This document shows positions 53,940-64,000 of a stretch of DNA of 64,000 nt, piece after piece. This DNA is from Octopus vulgaris. Lineage: Eukaryota. The notes beneath the pieces are model-generated. The model was not told the origin of the DNA. It ran no database searches and was given only the letters and a program-made list of their open reading frames with translations. Position numbers and translations under genes: made by a program. The stretch spans positions 7,502,001-7,566,000 of the forward strand of contig OX597827.1 in NCBI GenBank assembly GCA_951406725.2, in the 5' to 3' direction. Positions within the stretch are counted from its first letter, which is position 1, and every line of letters begins with the position of its first letter.

Positions 53940-54230
53940 AACAAGAGCACTCACAGAGCTCAAACCTCCGCCAAGGCAACACCAACATCCTCATAACGAT
54001 TAGCCTGAGATGATTTTTAAAATGAGAATATCTGAAATAAACTCAACTACTCTCACAAATGAGACTACTAAAAATGAACCTGACCGCTCTCAAAGATTAA
54101 GTAAAAACACAAGAAAAATAATCCAGAATCCTTATCCGGTACCGGATCAATCCCAAAATCTAATCAGTTGATGCCACCTATGAGACCAAACATCCCTGAA
54201 AGTTTCATCTGAATCCATTTGGTGGTTTAC
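53940..54230 (+). mobile_element. Probable Helentron/DINE-like non-autonomous element fragment
   Basis: aacaagagcactcacagagctcaaacctccgccaagg start, atccggtaccggat palindrome and aaagtttcat..aatcc motif; family assignment from recollection. Confidence 0.45.
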
Positions 54231-54815
54231 ATAGATGTGTGGCAGGATTAGAGGCATCTTGGAAAGGTGTCTTCTACTATAGCCCTGGGCCAACCAAAGC
54301 CTTGTTAGTAGATTTAGTAGATAGAAGCTGAACCCTTTGTATATATACATGTGTGTGTGTGTGTGTATGTGTGTGTATGTGTGTGTGTGTGAATCTGTGT
54401 GTATGCGTGTGTGTTTGTGTATATGTGTATGTATATGTATGTATGTGTGTTTGTGCATGTGTGTGTGTGTGTGTGTGTATGTTTGTGTCTCCTTGTGCTG
54501 ACATCATGTGATAGTTGTAAAATGATCGTCGCTGCCCATGAGCAACACAACAGTGTTGTTCATTTCTAATATCCTGGAAGAACTTATTTGGCCAGGCAGA
54601 AATATTACCTGGCTGGGGAACAGGTGAGGATTGGTGACAGGAAGAGTATCCGGCCACAGAAAAACCTGCCTCAGTAAACTCTGTCTGACCCATGTAAGCA
54701 TGGAAAAGAGGATGTTAAAATAATGATGATGATAGTGATGATGATGATGATGACGATGATGATGATTAAGATGATGATGTATGTATATATATATATATTG
54801 TGGAGGCACATGGCA

Positions 54816-54855
<40 letters not shown>

Positions 54856-54953
54856 ATCCAAACATGAAAACACAAAGAGAAAAACACAACAACGCGAGGA
54901 CGTGGAAGAGATATAGTATTATTGGATGCTCAGGAAAGAAGGAAAGAAGGAGG

Positions 54954-54988
54954 GTTTAACGTTTCGAGCGGAGCTCTTCATCAGAAAC
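54954..54988 (-). ncRNA. Minimal type-I hammerhead ribozyme, canonical core
   Basis: Minus strand: GUUU-CUGAUGA-A-GAGC-UCC-GCUC-GAAAC-GUU-AAAC, inside an ~175-bp insert (54850-55025) between (TA)n tracts. Confidence 0.75.
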
Positions 54989-56221
54989 ATAGGAGAAGGA
55001 AAGATCCAGAGAAGGGAAGACACAAATAAATATATATATATATATATACATAGATCAAGATTGGAGCTTGGTGCAGCCATCTGGTTTGCCAGCCCTCAGT
55101 CAAAATCGTCCAACCCATGCTAGCATGGAAAGTGGACGTTAAACGATGATGATGATGATGATATATATATATATATATGCATGTGTGTACATATACATGC
55201 CTACATGTATGCATATCTATCTGCATGTATACATACACACACGTGTGCACATACATACCTACAAATATACATAAACACACACACATACACATGCACACAA
55301 GTTTCCCATTATGTCCAATTATTAATCAATTAATTACATCCACAATATTAAAACCTTACATTATTCTGCCAATTCATGCTTTCTGTGACAATAACTTTAA
55401 TAAGTGACCTGACTGTGATGAAACAAATATGAAGTGAATGGCTTAAACACGAGTTGGAACTCCAATATTAGACTCTTTTATTAAGACAGAGTAAGGAAGA
55501 CGAGAGAGAGAGAGTGGTGAGTTATGGCTAGTTTATCTGATAGAGACTGGACAATGGATGGTAGCAATAATAGAGAATAACTTAATGAGAATTTATGGTA
55601 AGATGACTGATAATGATTTAATGTATCAGGAAATTTATATTGATGACAGACTTAATGAAAACTTAATGAAAATCTAGCGGACTGCTAACGGAAGTTTAAG
55701 TATTTGTGTAGATTTTTACTTTACAGGGATTACTTTTATTATTAGAGAAATTATTATTGTTGTTGTTGTTGTTGTTAAGGTGGTGAGGTGGCAGAGTTGT
55801 TAGCACACTGTACAAAATGTTTAGTGTCGTTTCTTTCACTTTCACTTTTACATTCTGAGTTCAAATTCTGCAGAGGTTGACTGTTTTTCATCCTTTCAAA
55901 TTCGATAAGGTAAAATATGAGTTGAGCACTGAGGCCAGTGTAACTACCTTTTCTCCTCCTGCAAAATTTCAGGTCTTGTGCCCATAGTTGAAAGAAATAT
56001 ATTGTTATATTGGTGACTTGCCTCAGATTCATTCTTGTTCCTGGTAGAATTTATGTGGGTAGCAGGTTACTACCTGTAACCTTAGGTATCCACAAGCTTT
56101 CAATAGTTTTTCAAGTGCTTGAAACCCTCCTGATAATCTTTCCAGTCGCTAAGGGGAAAACTTTCTGTAGAAGCTCTAACAGGACATTCTCTTTCAATCT
56201 CTTTCAACCATTTATCTATAT

Positions 56222-56416
56222 CAGGGGTTCTCATCCGCTGGTTCCAAATCCCCTGAGGGGTCACGAAGCCTTAGTGGTGGTGGGGGGATTGCATAGCCTT
56301 GGTTTGGGATAGTATTAATTTCATAAAATGTAAATCAAGCTGCTGACAGTAGGGGCTTGCATGGGTTTCAAGTTTTTTGGTAAGGGATCACGAGTCCAAA
56401 ATTTCGGGAACCGTTT
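56222..56416. mobile_element. Old hAT (Charlie-like) MITE
   Basis: caggggttctc start, gggaaccgttt end, 8-bp flanks atctatat/gtctatat. Confidence 0.55.
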
Positions 56417-57041
56417 GTCTATATCTCTACTTACAGTTCCCAATGAACCAATTATTACAGACACAACCTTTGCAGTTTTCATTTGCCTTTCATCCTTTCA
56501 GGATCGATAAATCAAGTACCAGTGAAACACTGGGGTTGATGTAATCGTCTAGTCCCCTCCCCCAACATTTCCGGCCTTGTGCTTTAGTAGAAAGGATTAT
56601 TACTGTCATTGAGTGAGCAAGCAGCACATACCATCAAAGTGACATCAAGGTACAAATATATAAAACCCGGCATACCCATCATGACCACCCATCTGATAAA
56701 AGTGCACAAACACATGCATCACAACCATGTGTGCAACATGATGACCTCAAATCAAGATAAATGGTGCATTACCTTGCAGGTGGGGCCCAGATAGAATTTT
56801 CTTCAGGCTGAGTAGCCCATCCCACTCAAAAGGTCCCTAAATAAGGGTTATTTAAGGATGATAAACAAAACACCAATGTTTTCCAGGAGACCCTAAAAAG
56901 TTCCTCTCAACACATGGCTATGATGCTCCCTCACTACTCCTACTTGTGATCAGAGATGCACATATCATCTCCCTCTAAGGGACATGCTCAACTGAATAAG
57001 GTCAAGCAACTGACAAGTAAATCTGTGGTATTGAGCTGAAT

Positions 57042-57159
57042 TAAGGGTCGATAAATGAAGTACCAGTTACGCACTGGGGTCGATGTAATCGACTTAATAC
57101 TTATGTCTGTCCTTGTTTGTCCCCTCTGTGTTTAGCCCCTTGTGGGTAATAAAGAAATA
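57042..57159 (+). mobile_element. 5'-truncated SINE family B with 15-bp TSD
   Basis: ggtattgagctgaat at 57027-57041 and 57160-57174. Confidence 0.9.
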
Positions 57160-58403
57160 GGTATTGAGCTGAATATTTGCTGTAGCCTATCTGAATTTGG
57201 TAGACAGAAAACTAAAGGAAACATTTTCAACTACAAACATTCCTTCTGTGTTTTCTTAAAGATGTAGTTAAAAGAAAATTTGGTTACTATTTCTAGCAGG
57301 GCATAGGACTATGTAAAGATTTCCTCATTGGCTCCCAATATAGTTTTTGTTGTTGTTATTTAGACCAGGTTAATCTTTATTGAGAAACCCCAGTTTGAGC
57401 TATAGCTAATCCAACATTTTAGAACTATCCAGAACCATTTTATCCGTAAATATATCCTTCTACTTTTTAGACATTATGGAAAGAGGTTATATGATATATA
57501 TATATATATAATAACAATTTAATAAATAAAACATATGCATACATACATACATATATGTACATACCTACATCTATATGTATATATACATGCATATATATAT
57601 ATATATATATATATGAGTACAGGACACCACAAATAAACGTAGAACACAACGAGAAACGAAAACATAAAATCAAACAAGGAAACAGACTTTTTTTAACAAC
57701 GAAAAAACAGAGTACAAGACAAACAATACAAGGAATATTCCCCTTCATCAGCTGCCCCTGTTTCGACTCAATGCGTATATTTAACTGCTATTTCTAGCAG
57801 AACGAATGACCACATAAATGCTCCTTTGTTAACTTGTGACACAGGAGTCCAAGTAGAAAGTAGAACTTGACAAGTGACATCCTATGAAGTACATGAGACA
57901 TAGTGAAAGTAATATCAGGAGAAGAGACAAGTTCATAGTAGCGTGAACTTAGATGAGGGAGAGGTAAGGTATAGTTTGTAGGTTCACAGAGGAAAAGGAC
58001 TGTTTTAGTAGGAGGAGAGCAAGTAGAGGGAGAGTAGTGCTTAACACTGTTAGTAGGTTACGGATGTTTCCTATATTCCCTGTCACCGAAATGGCTTCTT
58101 GGACACTGTTTAAAATGTGCAATGTTTTAATATGTGCAATGTACAATGTCACAAATGGGCAGTAGATTAGGGATGATAGGAGACAGAGAGAGCAAAACAG
58201 GGAGAGACGGTGTAAAATAATGTAAAGTAAAATAATAGGAAAAGGGGCTCATGAAAGGAAGAGAAAGTATGGAAAAGAGAGAGTAAGAGAGGAAAAAAGG
58301 AAGAAAGGGAGCGAGAAAATAAGTGTGCTGGGATACAGCCAGATAGACATATATATATATATATATAAATACATATCTATCTTTCTATCAATCTATCTGT
58401 CTA

Positions 58404-58442
<39 letters not shown>

Positions 58443-58459
58443 GTATATATATATATATA

Positions 58460-58854
58460 CTAGCAGTATCGCCCGGTGTTGCTCGGGTTTGTAAAGGAAA
58501 TAACTATATAGGCATTTTTAGAGAGTTATAGCCAAAAAATAGCCAAAAAATGCATTAAAATGGAAAAAAAATTATGGTAAATTTTTTTTTAAATCGTTGA
58601 CTCATCGTAGACATTTTTAGAGAGTTACTTCCCTTATATAATAGCGAAAAAAATGCATTAAAATGGAAAAAAAATGATGGTAATTCAGACAGGTACTTTG
58701 TATAAAAAGACACACGCTAATACCCAGAAGGGCTCGATATGAATCACAACTATAAGATACCCGGTTTTGGTTAAACTGCACCGCAAAATGTGGGAGTAGT
58801 TAGGAATCTAAATCGTAGGAGACAGACACACAACTTCTCTTTTATATATAAAGA
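58460..58854 (-). mobile_element. Non-autonomous Helitron with foreign internal patch
   Basis: Same termini as other copies; 58678-58709 matches 59653-59684. Confidence 0.87.
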
Positions 58855-59151
58855 TATATAATATATAAATACAGTGTACATTTAAACATATAAGAGGCAT
58901 CCATTATGATTTTTGCAGCTTCCTAATGCCAACCACCATAAAATGAAAGAAGACCATCATATATATATATATGCACATATATTCGTCCATATGTGTATGC
59001 CTTTGTGTTTGTCTTCCATCACTGCTTGATATTCAGTGTTGGTTTGTTTATGATTGATTTGTTCAACTAAGCCCATCAAAGCAGTGCCTCCAGCATGGTC
59101 ACAGTTCAAAACCTGGAACAGGTAAAAACTAAAAGATAAACGATATATATA

Positions 59152-59315
59152 TAGGTGGGGCCACGTGGTAAGAAGTTTGCTTCTAAACAACATGGTTCCA
59201 GGTTCAGTCCCACTGCATGGTCTTTTGGGAAAGTAAGTGTCTCCTGCTATAGCCTCAGACCAACCAAAGCCTTGTGAGTGGATTTGGCAGACAGAAACTG
59301 AAAGAAGCCCATCAT
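59152..59315 (+). mobile_element. SINE family A 5' half, diverged
   Basis: catggttccaggttcagtcccactgc...gaaactgaaagaagccc. Confidence 0.75.
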
Positions 59316-60177
59316 ATATATATATATATATAATAATAATATTAGGGAATAAATCCAAACTTACAGGGAAAAATGAGATTTAGGATTAAATCCAATTTTA
59401 TAGTATAAATATATTATAATATAATAGTGGTTTTATCTCTATCTCTAATTTAATATAATATATATATAATTAAGATTCCATTGAATTAGATACTTAAATT
59501 GAGACACCTGGCTAGGTCGGTATAATTTACACGCCCAAACAATATTAATTGAATATTGAATATCAAGACTCCATGCAGGTTTGTTTGTACCTGATATTCC
59601 TGCCACTGTGTGTGCAGACAATGCAACCCAGCAAAGTGAAGATATCAACTCTTGGTAACTCAGACAGGTACTTTGTATAAAAAGTGCAGATTCCAAGTTA
59701 GGTGAATAGAATATAAATGAATAACAATGATGTACAGGTGTCAATTCATTATGGCCATTTCAAGCAGCTATTTTAATTGATTAATGATAACATCACATTA
59801 TTTGAGAGAAACCATTCACCATTCACCATTCACCAGATGATCACATAGTCTTCAAACATAAAGGATACAACCATTTGACTATTCCAGCAGAGAAAGGTCT
59901 TATTATATACGATTATACACAAATGTGTTAAACCGGACATTACATGAATATATATCTTTTTATTTTATTTTTTTACTTGTTTCAATCATAAGACTGCAGC
60001 CATGCTGGAGCACTGCCTTGAACGATTTTAGTCAATAGCCATCTCTACTCTTCTTTCTTCCATGTGATGGGGTATTCCTACCCCATCAAGCATTCCCTTA
60101 CTGCTAACCCTACAACCTACCCTTTTGTGTAAAAAGGCTTAGATATATGGTTCCAGTACATTGAGAGTCTAGTAGAT

Positions 60178-60545
60178 TCATCATCATCATCATCGTTTAA
60201 CGTCTGTTTTCCATGCTAGCATGGGTTGAACGGTTCAACTGGGGTCTGGGAAGCCAGAAGGCTGCACCAGGCTCCAGTCTGATCTGGCAGTGTTTCTACA
60301 GCTGGATGCCCTTCCTAACGCCAACCACTCCATGAGTGTAGTGGGTGCTTTTTACGTGCCACCCGCACAGGTGCCAGGGGAGGCTGGTAACGGTCACGAT
60401 CAGTTGGTGCTTTTTACGTGCCACCGGCATGGAAGCCAGTCAAGGTGGTGCTGGCATCGACCACGTATGGATGATGCTTTTTATGTGCCAGGGGAGTCTG
60501 GAAACAGCCATGATCAGTTGGTGGTTTTTACATGCCACCAACCAC
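60178..60545 (-). mobile_element. Family C repeat
   Basis: Matches 1051-1300. Confidence 0.85.
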
Positions 60546-60864
60546 AGACAATAGATTGTCTAACATCAATTGATTTATCACCATTTACTAGAATACAGCT
60601 GACAGCTCCCAATGGATTTAATTCTAAATAGTTGAAGACTACATTCTACTTAAAGTCTTCTAAATATAAGTAACTAAGTCACCACTTTTGTTATCATGAC
60701 ACTATTTCTTCTGGTACTCTCTAAATTATAGTAGGCTTGACATGATATGCCTTATTTTCTAAACTCATTCTGCCGCAGAAACAATGTAAATATTTTGAGT
60801 TCCATTATTGATGTAAATATGTTTAAAAAATGGTTATATCCTTTATGTTTGAAGTCTATGGTGG

Positions 60865-60948
60865 TCATCTGATGAGAACAGTTGCTTTCAAATGATGTAA
60901 TGCTTTCATTCATCAATTAAAGGAGCCTACTTGAAACAGCTGTGATGA
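60865..60948 (+). ncRNA. Decayed type-I hammerhead-like motif
   Basis: UCAU-CUGAUGA...GAAAC-AGCU-GUG-AUGA; GUG is a non-cleavable triplet and stem II is unclear. Confidence 0.45.
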
Positions 60949-61003
60949 ATTGACACCTGTACATCTTTGTTACTCATATATACAAATATATATATTAATC
61001 ATA

Positions 61004-61069
<66 letters not shown>

Positions 61070-61071
<2 letters not shown>

Positions 61072-61203
61072 TCTACTTTTTTCTCTCCTGGTTTCTCTCT
61101 GTGTTCCTTTCTGTGGAAGAATGTAGGCTCGAAATGTTAAAGACTTTTTCAATTCCCGTGCCTTATACTAATAAATCTGTTTGTTTTCTACACCATCTGT
61201 ATT

Positions 61204-61210
<7 letters not shown>
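61070..61210 (+). mobile_element. Family P1-related element with hammerhead-like motif (61107-61142)
   Basis: CUUU-CUGUGGA-A-GAAU-GUAG-GCUC-GAAAU-GUU-AAAG; homologous to 30930-31088. Confidence 0.6.
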
Positions 61211-61280
<70 letters not shown>

Positions 61281-61919
61281 TATAAGGGTACAGGATGTCA
61301 CCAACTGTGCAAGCAACATGAAATACGTAAACAAATGGATTAAATACATAATCAACGAGAGAATAAAATAGAAAACATGACAAGTAAACACAGAGAAAGG
61401 ACCCTTCATCAGTTGTCGGTTGTCTATCCACTCCTCATTTCGAGCATTCAATGAAAATATCAGTCTTCAAAGATAGTTGCTCCCATAAATTCTAAAGTAT
61501 AATTTAGGATTTATGGAGGGTCAAAGCTGGAAACAAAAACAGGACAGTGGAGACATACAAAGAAACTGACTGAAAACAAAAATGGAGGGCCATTAGACCA
61601 GAATGAGAGGAAAATAGTGAACACTGAGAGAAATATTTTATTCGAAAAGAGAAAAGATAGAAGAGAGAGAGAAAAAATATCTAGTTTTATGAATGTCCGT
61701 GCAGGAAAAGAAAGATGTTCATGTGAGGAAAAGAAAGATGGACGATGGTCACATGTGAGCAACAAGAGAGAAAAAGAGAGAGGGGGGAGACAGAAAGAGG
61801 GAGAGATAGAAAACGGTGAAAGTGGGAGGGGGAGTAAAAGAGAATTAGAGAAGGATGGAGGAAGAAAAGAGTATAAAGTAGAGTCGCATCAAAAAAGGCG
61901 AAGATAAACTTATTTGGAA

Positions 61920-62205
61920 ATGGGTGTGTGTGTGTGAGTCTTTGTCCCCAATGGGTGTGTGTGTGTGAGTCTTTGTATGCGTTTGTCCCCACCGCCACCA
62001 CCACCACCACCACTTGACAACCAGTATTGGTGTGTTTACATTCCTGTAACTTAGTGCTTCAGCAAAAGAGACCGATAGATTAAGTACCAGACTTTACAAG
62101 AAATAACAAGTACTGGGGTCAATTTGTTTGACTTAAATTTCTACAAGGAAGTGCTCCAGCATGGCTGCAGTCTAATGATTGAAACAAGTAAAAATAGAAA
62201 ATAAA
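61920..62205 (+). mobile_element. SINE family A 3' half, diverged
   Basis: cttgacaacc...gtgctccagcatggctgcagtc...gaaacaagtaaaa. Confidence 0.75.
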
Positions 62206-63835
62206 AGGATATATATTCATGTAATATCCTGTTTATCACATTTGTATATAATTGTATATGATAAGAGCTTTCACTGCAGGAATAGTCAAATGAGAAAATT
62301 CTCTATTTAGATTTGAGTAAATTCACATTTTGCTTTGGGTTGTGAGTGACGTCATTAGATCATAGAATGCATGTGTTTCTGCATCATTCCCCATCATCAG
62401 CTATGAAAGCTAATACAGTTACTCACAGCCCAGTGGAAACAGGCGCATAGGATGCCTGCTGGTGTGTGAATGGCCTGGTCAGGCTAGACTTGAATAATTA
62501 ATGTTACACATAAGTCATGTGTAACATGTTCAATGATAATTGGCCATCTTGTTATTGTGTGGGAAGACAAACACAGACACAATGACATACACACACACAC
62601 ACATATTCACATACACACAGATGTATCGAATTCATTCATAAGGCATTGGTTGGTCTGGGCCTATAGTAGAAGACAGTTGCCCTAGCTGCTGTGCAGTGAG
62701 ACTGAACCCCAAATCATGTGGTTGCAAAGTAAGTTTCTTAACCATACAGTCATGTCTGTTGTGCAACCCCGAAATTGGACCAATATGGTAATAACGAATT
62801 TTTTAGAGATTTCTATCGGTTTGTTTCGAGGCGCATAAATTATAATGGTTATCAACAATTTTTTGTTTCGGCATATTTGGCATTAGAATTTTTCTTCTGC
62901 CCTTATCTTGTAAATTATATATATACATATATATATATATATACACAGACATAGATGTATACACATGCACACACATGTGTATATGAGGAAATGAGAGAGA
63001 GAGAGAAAGAGAAAGAGTTTGGGATTTGAACTAAGGATGTAAAAGACGGCTACTAAATACTGTAAGGCATTTTGTCAGAGTCACTAGAATTCCAGCTATA
63101 CTAACACCCACACTTGTTAATTTCATATTAATAATAACATTAATGAAAGATTAATATTAATTGTATAATCTCACAAATTAAGTTGGTTTGAATTAAATTA
63201 TTTTCTCTGCTTTTATGAATTCACTTAGAATCTTAATTGAACAAACAGTAAATTCCATAAAAAAAGGTTAAAAAGAATAAAATAATTAAAGAGGAAAATT
63301 CCAATAAATATAAAGTGTTTGGTTATTTTATATCCTATGTCTTATGTCAAAGAGTATTTTTCTTCAAATATTTCTGTTACTTCTTATCTTTAACCTAAAA
63401 CTACTTTTCTTTTTTTTTTCAGATTAATTTGCAACATCTATCTCTGTATTCTGAAATAATGATTTACAACAATTGTTTTAGTAATCTGTAGGTTTTTTTT
63501 TTTAACATTCTTTATTTAAAATTTTTTTTTAATGAATTTTTCCTTAATTAGAATTTAAGTGGAATATTGATGAAAGCTGGAGATAGATAAAAATTTTGGA
63601 TTGGACTTTATTTTCTTGTTTGAAAACTTGATACGAAACAATAAAAGTGAACAGATGTAACAAAATAAATAAATAAATAAATAAATAAACAGTCATTTTA
63701 AGACTGAATCTAAAAGCATTGCAAATATTCTCACAAGGAGTGTCTATGCAGTGCCTTGACCTGCTAGAAATAACAGTCAAATCTTTTTTAATTGCATCCT
63801 TCCATATTAGAAAAAAAAAGGAAAGATAAATTAGT

Positions 63836-63990
63836 AAATTCCGCCGAGGTCGACTTTGCCTTTCATCCTTTCGGGGTCAATAAATTAAGTACAAGTTACG
63901 CACTGGAGTCGATGTAATCGACTTAATCCCTTTGTCTGTCCTTGTTTGTCCCCTCTGTGTGTAGCCCCTTGTGGGCAATAAAGAAATAAG
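63836..63990 (+). mobile_element. 5'-truncated SINE family B
   Basis: aaattccgccgaggtcgactttgcc...aaagaaataag. Confidence 0.88.
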
Positions 63991-64000
63991 ATAATGAACA

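Noticed and set aside
57949-58152. Possible decayed LINE ORF2 fragment
   Set aside because: No clear diagnostic motif recoverable by eye.

Overview
This is AT-rich, microsatellite-dense animal DNA, intronic or intergenic. The SINE families and (TA)n/(TACA)n/(GAT)n load suggest an octopod cephalopod (inference). No intact host gene is visible, and almost all ORF-track entries are translations of simple repeats. Recognisable content includes three tRNA-headed SINE families and a (GAT)n-tailed repeat that matches the 3' UTR of a decayed RTE LINE at 6094-7562. It also includes two CR1 3' fragments, a decayed DD37D (maT) Tc1/mariner element, five non-autonomous Helitrons, several MITEs/foldbacks and a Penelope-type GIY-YIG fragment. 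The main unannotated signal is about 12 type-I hammerhead-ribozyme-like motifs with palindromic stem III, in small elements inserted in (TA)n tracts. Six cluster in 14.3-16.2 kb beside the GIY-YIG remnant, and one dispersed family consistently carries a non-canonical CUGUNGA (A6U) core. All alignments and folds were done by eye, and repeat boundaries are approximate unless a TSD or terminal motif is quoted.
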